Part shown: piece after piece, positions 47,376 to 60,645 of the stretch
Layout: every line of letters starts with the position of its first letter
Numbering within the stretch: the first letter of the stretch is position 1
Origin: Cirrosporium novae-zelandiae
Taxonomy: Eukaryota
Direction: 5' to 3'
DNA length: 64,000 nucleotides
Assembly (NCBI GenBank): GCA_026023565.1
Contig: JAPETS010000057.1
Span: forward strand, 62,001-126,000
Position numbers and translations under genes: made by a program
The notes under the pieces: model-generated
Database searches by the model: none
What the model was told of the DNA's origin: nothing
The model's input: only the letters and a program-made list of their open reading frames with translations

Positions 47376-48455
47376 TCACGGCATCAGTATTTCCCTAGAA
47401 CTATACAAACTAGCTTTCAACCCCCACTCGTTTCCAGAGTTTAAACCCATATGTGTAAACGCATCTTTTTTTTTAAAAAAAAATCAGTTGGGATATAACT
47501 ATTTAACCAGGGGAGGGGGATATAAACTTACCACATTTATAATAAATCCATCTTCTCTTTCCTGCCAATTTTAGCTCTACTAGATTTTCTAAAACCCGCT
47601 TCACGTCGTCCATGTCACTGAAGTCTTTTGTGTAGATGCAGATGAGCCTGGGGGCTCTTCCGTCATCGGTTTCGCCCTGCGGGGCCACTTTGGCTGCGAT
47701 CCCCAGCTCGTTTTCTGCTGTGGCTGTTGCGATGCTCTCCCACGCCTCATCAACCTGCTCTAGGGCTAGAAACAGCATCCATTTCCCAGTTGTGCATCCC
47801 GCATCGGCGGCGGCTTTTCGTAGAGCTTCCTCCGTCTCCTTGCGCTCGAGGCTAAGTTTGCGGTTGAGGATAGTCTTGCGGGAGCCGTATTGTCTGGTAT
47901 GTTCTCGGATTTTCTCTGAGAGGGACGAGAGGATTGATTCGGCGGTGGATTTGAATCCGGCCCAGTTCTCGCTTGTGGGCCGCCAGGAGGTATGGGGGTT
48001 TGCGATTCGGATCCATGGGTCTCGGAGATCCCGAGTTAGAGTGTGGGAGGGGGAAAGGCGTTCAAGGAATGCGGGAACGGTTTCGGAGAGCTGGCGGCAG
48101 GAGAGATTTCCTTCGTATTCGTTGTAGAGGGGAATCTTTTTTGTGGAGGATTTGGATTTCTGGGCGGCTTGCTCGGCGGCGAGGGCGGAGACGGACAGGT
48201 AGCATTTGGACCAGTAGGTCATGGGGTGGAAGGAGGAGGCTTCGGATTCGAGGGTGGCTTGCGTGGATGAATCGCCTATATCCAACTCATGTTTCTTGTT
48301 AGCGAGGAACTTCGAGAGTAGCTTGCTTGCTTGCTGCAATAGAGAGACGTGTTTGTATGTGTGTTTGTATGTGTATGCATACCGTAAAAGCTGGAATCAT
48401 CTGAAATCCAGCCTTCGCCGTTGACACCATCTTGCTGGTCCTCCTTATGAGCCAT
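47376..48455 (-). CDS. DUF1917 / BLES03-like protein; 3 exons
   Basis: WISDDSSFYG first exon; RQLSETVPAFLERLSPS, WIRIANP, TTGKWMLF, ELGIAAKVA, RLICIYTKDFSD, IYYKC|DAFTHMGLNSGNEWGLKASLYSS. Confidence 0.85.
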
Positions 48456-49726
48456 AATCAATTGTTTGCTTGAAGCTCATATTCAACTGGGGGGTTTTGT
48501 GATGCGTATATTGTGATCGCTCATATACATGGGAATCAAACAACCCCTAGACCCATGCTGGGTGGCATGGTGGACTTGCATGGAGTAAGTAGATGGACAT
48601 GGGCTAGAAAGTTCTAGGTCGAATATGGAAATATGTACGTGATCCATAGTGAAGCTTTTGAACGAGCTCTGAATCTATAGCTTCTTTTCCCTGCCATTCT
48701 CTACTAAAACTGTCAAGCTGTCAAGTATGGGGGTTGTAATGTGTCTCGAGGTGTAGTGGCGTTGGAATTTAAAAACGTCACGGTGCCTTTTCCGGGATCT
48801 TGCTTGTACTGACCAGGACATGACTTTCTTGATGATCCTTAGAACATCTTCGTCTCTTTTTGAAAGAACCTAATTGACAGCTCTATACCTTTGCTTTTAC
48901 TGCCTCATTGTTTATTGTCTATTTGAGTATCTGAAATCTTCATGGATGATATATATTATCAAGTTATATGACCTTTCAAATATATTTCAACTTCAGCTAT
49001 AGTCATGCTTGGCTGCCCGGCCTCCTTTTATTCCTTTTACTCCTTTGGTATTTTTGTATATTGATACGCTTTGCTTCTGCACAAATCACATTCAATGATC
49101 TACCTACCCCATGGCCAATCAACATTTCTCCCCATTTTTTATTTCCAACAGGCATATACCCTTCGCGGAGCAATTCGTTCTCCGTTTTGCAGATTTACCA
49201 AGACCGAGGATTGGGATACAATGACGCTGTTAGCCTATCTAGGTCATGTTCTCCGTTCGGTCTATCAATCTGGCGATCAATGAAATATTCTAATTTTTGT
49301 GGAATTATCCCAGCAACCGGTTCTATATCCAAAAAAGCTGCTGAAGCGGGGAAGATTGACGCCTAAAAACTGGGGTTTGCGGGGTAATTCTTGGGTTGTC
49401 AACTAGATAGATATCGTACATGAATTGAGCCATCGTGATATCACTTGAATTAATTACTCGGTGGAGGACAGCAACAGTGATGGCTTCAATCATGTCAATA
49501 CTTCCATGCTGACCTTCAAGTCTCTCCTATCTCAGACCGAGGCTGTCCTCAACGCCAAGGGTACTGCTTGACCCAAGTGACGTATGATGGAGGAACCAAG
49601 ATAAGCTGGTTATAGTTTGGGATTTGTCTTATAAGAGGTTCATCCTCTGCTTGAACGGGTTATCTTCTTGTGGTTATCCTAGCTTTGAAATTTTGCACAC
49701 ATTCATTGTAGCAGCCTAACTCCAAC

Positions 49727-51610
49727 ATGGGTAGTGAAATTGACAAAGAAGCCTATGGTGCTTCTCATATTGAGAATATCTCCCCTGGAAATGACACTGA
49801 CGTCGATGTTGATTCCCAATATTCCTACAAGGAGCAGCGCTCGATTATCCATCGAATTGACCGTCGACTCGTCACCATCTGTGGCCTCATGTACTGCATC
49901 AGTTTGATGGATCGCACCAATTTATCTGCTGCTGCTATTGCCGGGTATGTGTTCCATTCATTGCTGGGTTTCTCATCTATGAATTGCCTTGTTGATAGTT
50001 ACTATTAGAATGGAAGAAGAATTGGAATTGACCGTTGGATTTCGCTACGTGAGGATTTCAATTATACCTATACACGAACAATTGATGACCCTAACTCCAA
50101 AGTAGTCGATCATCGTTCTAGTCTTTTTCGTTTCTTATGTTGTCTTCCAGGCTCCCGCCACTCTCTTGATCCGAAAATTTGGGCCGAGATATTTTCTCTC
50201 GCTGATAACTCTGACGTGGGGGGTCATGATGATTGTTCGTCCTAGTCCTTTCCGATACAGATGCTTAGCATTACAATCGCCCTAACGAACATTTCAGGGG
50301 TTTGGCTTTGTCCAAAACTGGCAGACAATGGCAGCACTTCGTTCCATTCTCGGGGTTCTCGAGGCAGGTTTTTTCCCTGGAACAGTATACCTGCTTTCAA
50401 CATGGTATTCTCGGTGTCAGTACCCGTATTTAATGCATCCGGTCTTATAGACATGTCCAATTGGTATCCAATCCAATGCTAATCGGCCAAAATATGCTTA
50501 GACGACATGCAAAAGAGGTACTCCGGTTTCTATATAATTGGCTGCCTCGCCTCCGCCTGCTCTGGTATCCTCGCTTTTGGTCTCATGCAGATGGATGGGT
50601 TACAAAACCTCGCTGGATGGCGCTGGATTTTCATCATGGAAGGAGTAGTAAGCAAACTCCCACCCTCAGCATCATCACGCCGCCCCATCCCACCTCAACC
50701 CCCCAAGCCAACACCCAAAACAGATAACCTGCCTGGTCTCCCTCATCGGCTTCATCCTCCTAATCGACTTCCCCGAAAAATCTCACAACCACATCCACTT
50801 CCTCAGCCACGCCGAAATCGCCTACGTCCTCCGGCGCATAAACAAAGACCGCAACGACGCCGTAACCCCCCCCTTCAGCCTCAAACAATTCCTCCTACCC
50901 TGCCTCGACCCCAAAATCTGGGGCTTCGCCCTAATCTTCTTCAGCGTCACCACCGTTACCTATGCAATCGCCTACTTCCTCCCTATAATCCTCCTCTCCG
51001 GGATGGGTTTTGGTATCGGGGCATCACAGTGCCTTGTGACCCCGCCGTACGCTTTTGCTGCTATCCTCATGTACCTAACCTCGTGGTTCGGAGATAAATA
51101 CCACACCCGCGCCCCCGTCATCTGCTTCAACGCCACCATCGCCCTCATCGGTCTCCCCATCATGGGCTTCGCTGACGGAAACGCAGCCCGCTATTTCGGC
51201 GTCTTTCTCGTCACGGCGGGCGCCAACGGTAACATCCCAGCCGCTATGACATACCAGGCAAACAACATCCGCGGCCACTGGAAGCGCGCGTTCTGCAGCG
51301 CCAGTTTGGTTGGCTTCGGGGGCATCGGCGGAATTGCTGGAAGTCTAGTTTTTAGAAGCCAGGATGCGCCGGAATATTATCCGGGTATTTATGCCGCTAT
51401 TGCGTAAGTCCCAAACTTAATATCTCCCTCTCCCCCTACTTAGTAAGAAACAACACCCATATAACAACCCCCCCTCTAAAAAACAGATGCAACCTCCTCA
51501 TCCTCCTCATCTGCGGAACCCTAAGCGTGTACTTTTATATCTGTAACCGCAAAGCGAGAAAAGGGGAATCGGTTATTGAGGGCCAGGAGGGGTTTTTGTA
51601 TACTATTTGA
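49727..51610 (+). CDS. MFS transporter, anion:cation symporter (allantoate/nicotinate permease-like); multi-exon
   Basis: IIHRIDRRL...MYCISLMDRTNLSAAAIAG, LGVLEAGFFPG, LAGWRWIFIMEG, YQANNIRGHWKRA, FRSQDAPEY, C-terminal GFLYTI*. Confidence 0.92.
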
Positions 51611-53885
51611 TGGTGGTTGATGGGGCTGGGTTGTGTGGGTTTTGAGGATTGGGGATGGGGGGGGATGGGGGAAGGTATGATATCATGTGGGATATAGAGA
51701 GGAGAGGAGAAGAGAAGAGAAGGAGAAGAAAGATAATAAATATATCTATCGCTCCTATTACCCTATCCATCATTCCCCCCCTCCCCTTAACCCACCTATA
51801 TCCCACATCCCACATATCCCCCTTCTCCTCCTATATCCCCTTCCTATCCCCCTCCCCTTAACTCACCCACATCCACATCTTATCCCCAAACAAGCGGGGG
51901 AGAAAATAAAAAAAAATAAAAAATGTAGAAAACCCTAGGGAAGCCCTAGAGGGAACAGAACGGAATAAGAGAAGGAAATGGGAAGAGGAATTGGGGAGGA
52001 ATGGAGGAAAGGAGGAATATAATAAATATAATACCCGGGCCGCGGTTATCCCCCATCTCTTCTATTAGAAACCCAACACTCTTACGCTCTTACACTCTCA
52101 CCTACCTATCTAACCACTGTAAACCAAGCCAAGCCAAAAAGAACGTGGGACATAGGATATATGAACATGGCTGTGCTGTAACATCTCCAGCTCTTTTCCC
52201 CCTTCCCCTTTTCTTTCCCTTCCTCCTTTCCTTCTTCCCCCTCCCTCCTCCTCCTCCTCCTCTTACATCCTCTCACAAACCCACATTCCACATCCCATAT
52301 CCCCCGCTAATAGGGATATTTATATTATATATCATATTAAAAAAAATAAAAAATCATAATCAGCCCGAGTCAAACAATCAAAACATCAACTTTTCTTATC
52401 ATTGGATTCAAGCTAAAAGATTTTTTTTTCTTTATCAATTGGCGATTGATTGATTGGTGGGTAGTGAATAGTAAGAAGTGAATGGTGAGTATTATATGGT
52501 GGATAGATTAAAAGATTTTGTAATCTAAAAACTGTGTTTTGTATCTTATATCCTAGATCCCACATTCCCTCTTCCCCTTCCCTCTCCCACTTCCCCTCCT
52601 CCTCCCTAATCCAAAATAACGTTGTGAATAGACTCCCTTAGCCTAGTCGGCCTAAAGTCCATAGACGGGCTATTTGGTCTGGGGTATTTACAATGTTACC
52701 ATGTTTTATATCCCTTCCCCTCCTCTTCCTCTTCCTCCCACACACCCCGTGTTGTGTTATAAACAGCATGTGAATATATCAGACCAACCATACCGACCCC
52801 CCTCCCCTCTCTTGGTCTGGACCAATCTAGCCAGTCTGATCTATTCAAAATCCGAGGGCCCGGTCTAGTCTAGCTGGTCTAAGGTCTATATAGACAGATG
52901 GTCTAGGGTATTTGGTCTAGGGTATTCACAATGCTGCCTACACCCACATCTCGTATTTTGGATTTCTGGTTTTATATCCTACATCCCATCTCCTTCACCT
53001 TCTCCCCAACCCCCTCCTTCCCATCCCCCAACACCTGACACTAGAGGATATATCCCATATCTCACATCCCATATTCCTAGGTCCTTTTTTTTTTTTTTTT
53101 GGCTTAGTTGGGTAGGAGTGTGGGAGTGTAGGAGGGTAAGATGGAGTGTTGATTTGAGATTAGGATTGAGCTTGGGATTAGGTGGGATGTGGGTGGGATA
53201 CTTTACGGATTTTACCTATCCATAGATGAGAGAAGAGGGAACGAGTGAGGGTTTAAAAAGGGTGTATGTAAAAGGGGTTTGGAAAGCTAGTGGTAGTAGT
53301 GGTAGTAGTGTTGAATCATATACCTAGGTAGCTAGATGGCTAGAAGTAAAAGTAGAGATGAAGACAGAGATCGGGATCAGATAACCTAACCTGACCTACA
53401 GCAGGTCGACGGTCTACAATAAATCAATGCCGTACACATGTACATATATATATAGTAAAACCCCAAACCCCCCAAATCCAACCCCCTACCAACCCACCAA
53501 ACACAAAAAAAAAAAAACATTCTACCTTTCTTTCTTTTCTAATTCTAGATAATACTGATTCTGATTCTAATTCCAATTCCAATTCTGTATTCATAAAAAA
53601 TAAGGATAAGTAGTGTGCTAAGCAAACTCTCTATAACCATAGATAACTCCCAGATCCCAGATCCCAAATCAAACCAAACTAAACCAAGCTTTCCGGAAGC
53701 AAAGCAAAGCAAAAACAAAAAACAAGTATAACCCAGATCCATCATCCCCCCCATCACCCCGAAAAACCAAACTAAACCAAACTTTCCAGAAACAAAGCAA
53801 AAGCTGTATCTAGTAAATCCAGAGAAGAGCAATTCAAACTCCCCCAAACTCCCAACTCTCCAAACCTCCACCCCACCACTTGAGC

Positions 53886-55741
53886 CTACCCCACCAAAAC
53901 CCTTATCCCCAAAGACCCCCTCTCCGGCCTCGGCAAAAAAACCTCATGCCTACACTCGACATCCCTCCTCCCCACCGTTTCAAAAAGCTGCAGCTCAAAT
54001 CTCCGAAAGATGGTTGAAACTGTTAGGAAGAGTTCCATGCGTGCCAAACTATACATATTTTGTAAGTATTTTTTCTCTCTCTGGTTGGGGAAGATAGGGA
54101 TACAACATACTGAATACCAATACATCCCCTACTCCCCTTTGAAAAAGAAACCATGTAGCGTTCTAGACGGGGGCGGGTGGTGGGATCGGACCAGCGGTCT
54201 GGGAGGAAGGTGTGGGAGCTTGGGTAGATGGATTCGGTGTGGTTTTGCATTAGGACGGACATGGATATGGGGGTCTAGTGTGGGTGAGTGAGTTTTTAGG
54301 AGATGGGGGTTTATATTTATATGGATAGGGGAATGGGGATGCTTACGCCTGCTGGGATTGTGTAGGTCGAGTATTTTAGAGCTTCAAAAGGGGAGATTCT
54401 TTGTAGTCGGTTTGTGGTTCCGTAGGACATTCTGGTGGGGGTTAGGGGAGTTGATTTCGTTTGTGAGATAGTTTGGGGGGGGGGGAGAGAAACATGCCTT
54501 AGACCTTCGAGAATGACACAGCTCTAAGAGTTAGAGAGTTAACTTTTGTTGGTATTATATTTCTCCCACAGGCTTTGGATTAGAATCGAGACAAACGGGC
54601 TCACCAGGTACGGCAATTTCTCCAGCTGTTGAAACGTTGGCGGAGCATTTGGATCCGCATACGCGACGTCGAGCTCATCGCGGAGCTTCTGGAGCATTTC
54701 TGGATTGGAGAGCAGGTAAAACGTCAGGTTTGCTAGGACGTTTGCCGTGGTTTCGGTTCCCGCAAAGGCAAACACATTGACCTCCTGTCCTAGCCTCTCG
54801 GCCGTTTTTTCTTTGGGGGGAAGGTCGCTCTGTAATATGCTGTGGAATAGGGTTGGGAGAGCCTTTTCCGAGTACAAAGGGTCATTTTGGTTTGCGATTA
54901 TGGTTTCCACCTGCTTTTTTGCCCGCCGTTGGTACTCTACGAATAGGGCCAGGCTTGGGTCTATCCAGGCACTGAATGAGTCGGGGAGGATGGAAATGAC
55001 ACGATTGATCCAGGGAAAGTGTCGTGTGATCTTGGTGAGGTGTCCCATCGTGTGGATGCACTGTCGCCAGAGAGGCATAAAGTCTGGTGAATCAAGGTAA
55101 TGGTATGCTTCACCCATGGTGTATTCGGTTACTACATCAGCGGTAAAGCAGCTATAAGGATCCCCAATTTTGACTGGCTTTCCTGAGCGCTTGACTTCCT
55201 CTAGTCTCTCGCAGAGTTTGTCTAGAAGAGCTCGAACGGATGGCTCAAGGGCTAGAATTCTCTGTTTGGAGAAGAAAGGGTTCATGGGAGCACGCCGGAG
55301 ACGGTGTAGGTAGTGATCAGTTGTAGCAAAGGTTGCTTTTGTTAGGGGGAAAGAGTTACAGTAGGAAGCAGCCTTGTTCCGAGGTTGGTGTGTGGAGAAT
55401 AGAATATCAAAGAAATCGGGGTCAGAGACATGAAGTTCTTCGGGGCTGATGCGGATAATAGGGCCTATTTCATATTAATAGAAGAACGAATGGTGATCCA
55501 GTGATAACAAACCATATTTCTCGTGCATCTGATGGATTTCGAATTCATATCGGCCATATTTGATTACCTCGTGATAGAATTCAGGCCAGTATGAAATTGC
55601 TGCTAGTTTGGGTCCTGGGAATTTAGATAAGGGGCTGAAGTAGAGGCGGTATATCACCGTGATAGCCAGGTAAGCAAAGGGTAAGCCTAACCCTATAGCA
55701 TAGGGGTGAGATAGCAAAGATTCTACGCCTTCGCTCATCAT
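53886..55741 (-). CDS. Cytochrome P450 (resembles the CYP58/trichodiene-oxygenase clan); multi-exon
   Basis: N-terminal transmembrane segment then [41 protein letters not shown] (I helix), EGLR (ExxR), [14 protein letters not shown] (heme Cys). Confidence 0.93.
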
Positions 55742-57053
55742 AATGAAGCAAGGTGGTAGACGGCAAGATGAATATTGAAGTCTTATGATGCTTAATGATT
55801 CTGTCATCTTGATATCGTAACGCATATTAGTTGGGAGTATTAAGAGTTGAAGGAGATCTGAATGCATAGGTAGTGGATAATTATGACGGTGAGATTCACT
55901 GTTCAATGTCAATTTAATCTCACTTTACCAACGGTGAATTAATAGTGAATAAATGCATGTTCGAAATGAACTCGAGAGTTACGATGGATGGAAGCAGGAA
56001 CTAAAGGGAGGAAGGGAAAGTTGAAATAATACATAAAACCCCTAAGAGAGAAAAAGAGAAAAGGTAATAAAAAGATTCTTCCCATACCGCGTACCACCAG
56101 GTTGGTGGAACGATGAGGTATGGATCCACTGTCTACTATTCGGGGTCACCATATCCTATGTATATATATATACCATGACTCACGAGACAGTTCAATTAAT
56201 GAAATCAACATGTTTGACTATTAAATGAAAGGGATTAATTGAGCAAAGAACTGCAAAGAGATTGCAAATTGGATTTTTTAGCATTTGGTTCGAACTTGAA
56301 TATACTCTTGGTGAACAAACATAGTAGAGTACATGCCTCCTTAGCTAGAATAAAGAACAAATGCTCAATATGAAATATAGACCTTGCTTTTTTACTTTTA
56401 TCCTAGCCTTTTCGTGGAAATATATATAAGAGTCTATAAGAGAGTGTTTTCCAAGTTCAATAGCAATGAATTGACGCTTGCGAAGTTATAAGTTGTATAG
56501 TCGTCTAGACCTGTTCTGGTAACTTCGAACAGCGTATAAATGAAAAAAAGATATTTGTAGAGGAAATAGGAGTTTATGTCCCAATGATTGAAGAATAAAG
56601 CACCACCGAAATATCATTTGTGTGGTGATGTAATTCTGGAAGTACATAATACTCGGTCATCTCATGTGGTTTCCAGGTTCGTGAGTTGTTGCGTTAAACG
56701 ACCTTAGTGAATTGCTCCAACTTAGGATATCAGCTGAGAGGTTAGGGATCTTCTAGTAAAGCAGCTCTCTGTCGATCATTGCGTCTCAGAAAGGCTGGTT
56801 TAAGATTGCTGTATAAGGTGGTCATTAAATGTCTTGGTAATTGATTGTCAGGGTGGCCAAAGTGATGATGGTGATCAGATGTAGACGAGAAAGAGATTTC
56901 TTCTGTATAAAAATAAGGTGTCACATTAAGGATTATATATCTATACACCCGAGATCGCCGTAGAGATCTTATGCTGTACTACACCCACAGCCTACCAATA
57001 TCTCGTAAAACATAACAGAGAAAAATTTCTACAAATCCAGCTGGTCATATATC

Positions 57054-58472
57054 ATGGATCAAGAAGCCAAAATCCTCCATTCCCAAATCTCCACAACTCT
57101 CGACCTCCCACCAAGCTGTATCGAATTCTGCCCCGCTGCTCCAAATCTCTTCGTTGTGGGGACGTATTTTCTTGATACTAAACCCCAGCAGCAGGATAAT
57201 AATAACAGCCATGGAGAAGAAGGTGAAGCTGCTACTAAACCACCGGATGAGGATAAGGATGAGGAAGAAGTTCAAACGGGTGGTGGCGGTGGACCTACGA
57301 GGCAAAAAAGAAGTGGGAGTTTGATATTATTTGAACTTGATGGGATTGCCTTGTAAGTAACTTTCCTTTCTCTATTCTCGGGAAACATGATTATCTTTTG
57401 TGGGGGGGGGATATCTAATCTCTATCTCTATTCCTAATTCTAATTCTAAAAGCTGAAAAAAAAAAGGAAATTATGCCAGACACTTCCTACGCCGTCGGCT
57501 GTGCTCGATATGCATTTCTGCAAGGACCCCCTCTCCTCGACCTCGATGACTATTCTAGCGACTGCGCAGAGTACGGGGAGTGTGGCTGTGTATAGCCTCG
57601 ATCTGGATGAGAAATCTCTGACCTGTTTGAAGGTGCTTCAGCTGTTTTCAGAGGATTTGCTGGTTCTTTATTTCACCTGGATGCCGCCGGTACAGGGGTC
57701 GGAATCGCGTTCAGTGGCGGTGACGTTGTCTACGGGTGAGATTGCTTGGTGCGAGATTGGCTTTTCTGAATCGGGGTCGAGAGTAGAGTCTGGAGAGGTG
57801 AGGTGGACGTATCAGGCTCACTCCCTTGAAGCTTGGTTCGTAACGTGCTCCTCGGAGCCTGTATCCAGATTGAGATTGTATTCTGGGGGAGATGACTCCT
57901 TGTTCTGTATGCATGCTCTAGAAGGGGCTTCCCAAGAATTGCCCCAGCACAGCGCGGTCATGATGCAAGATCGTAAAACCCACGGGGCTGGTGTTACTGC
58001 AATATTGCCCCTTCCAGTAGAGGCAGCAATGGACGGACAAATATTATTGACCGGGAGTTATGATAACGTTGTTAGAGTAATTGATCCATTTGGGAGGCCA
58101 AGGGTCCTAGCTGAGGAGACACTTGATGGGGGTGTTTGGAGGCTCAAACTTATCGAAATCGGGGAGGGTCCCAGAGAAACGGATGGACGATCGGAAGAGT
58201 CAAAGTCTGGGTCGACCAAAGAAGCTCGTTTTCGGGGTATTGTTCTCGCGAGCTGCATGCATGCTGGAACGAGGATATTGGAGATTATCAACGATGCTGA
58301 AGGAACATGGTCCATCTGGGTTCTTGCTAAGTTCGAGGAGCATCAGAGTATGAATTATGGAAGTGATGTTCAGCCTTGTGGTCAACCAAGCGGGTCTTTT
58401 GTGTGTGCTTCGACAAGCTTCTATGACAAGAAGCTTTGTGTATGGAAGTATGAAAAAGAGTCCGCCTGCTAG
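57054..58472 (+). CDS. DPH7: Diphthine methylesterase (WD40); 2 exons
   Basis: LDLPPSCIEFCP...FVVGTYFL, QKRSGSL, AHSLEAW, LYSGGDDS, HGAGVTAILP, LLTGSYD, LDGGVWRLK, LASCMHAG, EHQSMNYG, STSFYDKKLCVW. Confidence 0.9.
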
Positions 58473-58815
58473 AAATAAGAGCGGTTGTAGCATCAGGATC
58501 TGTGGATCACACATTTTTTAAACCACATGAACAATTTCCAGAACAATTTCTGGCGATTAGACTGTCTCACTATGTGGCCCACTCTCCAATGCCGTGACTT
58601 GAACATGGCAGCATTGAGATCTATAAAATTTCCAGTAGTTATTCCATATAATCTGAGGCGTAAAATCACTGGGTTGACTTCTGTCGTAACAACCATCGGC
58701 GCCCCATCGCGAATATAATCGAAGTGTGCAAATGGAAACCTCACGCTTGACAAATAACCAGGGTGGTCTGTAGCAGCCATTCCAATTAGAAGCTCCGTGG
58801 CCGGGTTTTTGGTTT

Positions 58816-59701
58816 CTAGGAAGTTTGGCTAGCAAGTACCTGCTCGCATTCAGTCCGGATCTCAGTTACACCCTTGACGTTTTTCCAGCGATCAAGCAAC
58901 AGCGAAATTTCCTTCCATTCGGCTTGGGCATTTTCAACGTTACCCTCGTCAATCATGTCGCCGAGCCGACGAGGAGCATCCAAAACCCAACGGACAGTTT
59001 GTTGTTGTCTTCCTTTCTCACTAGATGTATCTTGTTGCCGTTTCTCGCTTCGAGCACTAAGAGCTCCATGATTTTCTTTCATTGACTCTGCCAAAGCAGC
59101 TGCAGTTTCAACGATATGAGAGATGGCCGGCGCAAGCGTTGAGGTGGCAGGACTCAGTGGATCCATATTCAACTGCATCTAGAGGGATAACATCAGTACA
59201 TAATTAATCGGACGAACCAGACCGGGGGCAATACCTTTCTTATAGTATCTGTAGCTGCAATCAACTTCGAGTAGTTGTCATACACCAGAGCTTTCCGCTC
59301 GCCATCGAGGGCCTTTATTTCTATAAAAATTTAGTGGACAATCCACATGATCGCGTAGCAAATATTCTACCATTGACGAGTCTCCCTTCGACTCTTAGAA
59401 CACCTTCTAGGCTCTCTTTCTCCAGCAAGTCTTGTACATATTTCTCTGGATTAAATCCTGGCCGATCCAGCTCACTCTCCTTGACTTCGACCTCTTCGCT
59501 TTGCAAGTTAGTGCTAGGCTCTGGGTGGACCGCCGCATTCTTTAGGCCATAGTAGTCCCGTAGTGCTGCACGATTGCGACGTTGGGCTGCTGGGGGAGGA
59601 CGAGAAGACGATCGGGAGGCAGTTTCGAATGATTGTCGTCGGGAAGAAGCTGGCGATTGAAAAGATGCTATCGATTGAGGAGGAGAGCCGATTGCAGACA
59701 T
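58816..59701 (-). CDS. VPS51: GARP complex subunit Vps51 (Vps51/Vps67 domain); 3 exons
   Basis: RRNRAALRDYYGL, SELDRPGFNPEKYV, EIKALDGERKALVYDNYSKLIAATDTIRK, MDPLSPATSTLAPAISHI. Confidence 0.9.
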
Positions 59702-59955
59702 TGTTTGTGTATTGTGGGGGGGAATAAGGGTAGAAAACAGGGTATTTTATGTTAATTAACTGCGGAGGAACGTCGGAGGTGTTCAACAACTCTATAAAGT
59801 TGAAGTGGCCCAAGCTTCTTTTCCTTCGTACGTCAACAACTTCCTCAGCGAAACGATGTATTCTATACAATATTCAGGCTGAGAATTGCCTCGGAATATT
59901 CATCATGCACTACTAATCTTGATCCATACTAATTTCTTTTAATTTATAAATTGAG

Positions 59956-60645
59956 ATGACTCCTTCTCAAGCACCAACTCTAGCTAGCGAGATTCTAAAC
60001 CATCTCTCCTCCAAAAGTTTGATTCCCTCACAAGCATGGCTCCGATCTTTTCTTGTTACACAAAGACCTACCACTCCTCTTGCAGCCCTGAAGCAAACTG
60101 CTCTGTTTCGGCTTCTGGCATCTGATATCACAACATCCTTGTCTTCTTTTCCACATTCCTGCTTCCCATCAAACATTGGGGATGCCACTGTCAAGGAGCT
60201 GCACCTGCAGGGGCCAATAGTGGTACAGATTCTCAATATTGAAGATATGAGCAAGAGCAGATGGGAACAGATTGAGGCCATTGAAGCGCTAGAACGCGGA
60301 GAGGGGACAAGGGGGAGAGAGGTGATTCGTGTTGTACCTGGGGAAGATGGAGACAACCAGGAAAATGCCCGCAAGGGACGGGGTCCTCATAAAGTCTTGT
60401 TGCAGGATGTCAAGGGGACGGCTGCGTACGGTGTGGAATTGAAGGATATTGAGGGGTTGAGCTTAGCCATGAATATTGGCTCAAAAATGGTGTTGAGAAA
60501 TGCTATAGTTGCTAGGGGACTGCTACTATTGGAGCCACAGACAACAACACTCTTAGGAGGGAAGATTGATAGCCTACATACGGCATGGAAGACAAACAGA
60601 AAAGAGGAGCTTAAAGCTGCCCTTGAAATGAATCGGCAATCTTGA
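59956..60645 (+). CDS. RMI1: RecQ-mediated genome instability protein 1 (N-terminal helical and OB-fold domains)
   Basis: LKQTALFRLLASD, LQGPIVVQILNIEDMSKSRWEQIEAIE, GPHKVLLQD, MNIGSKMVL, VARGLLLLEP...LLGGKI. Confidence 0.85.
   Translation: MTPSQAPTLASEILNHLSSKSLIPSQAWLRSFLVTQRPTTPLAALKQTALFRLLASDITTSLSSFPHSCFPSNIGDATVKELHLQGPIVVQILNIEDMSKSRWEQIEAIEALERGEGTRGREVIRVVPGEDGDNQENARKGRGPHKVLLQDVKGTAAYGVELKDIEGLSLAMNIGSKMVLRNAIVARGLLLLEPQTTTLLGGKIDSLHTAWKTNRKEELKAALEMNRQS

Noticed and set aside
48968..49366. 132-aa ORF with a hydrophobic N-terminus upstream of the MFS gene
   Set aside because: T-rich intergenic composition explains the hydrophobic run; no recognisable family or splice structure.
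51603..52453. Several short ORFs after the MFS gene
   Set aside because: Low-complexity purine and pyrimidine tracts with no domain signal.
49727..55741. Secondary-metabolite cluster from the MFS and P450 genes
   Set aside because: No backbone synthase (PKS, NRPS, terpene cyclase) in the window, and the flanking genes are housekeeping.
56280..56300. tRNA T-loop-like GGTTCGAAC
   Set aside because: No T-stem, acceptor stem or A box around it; no tRNA or 5S gene was recognised anywhere in the window.
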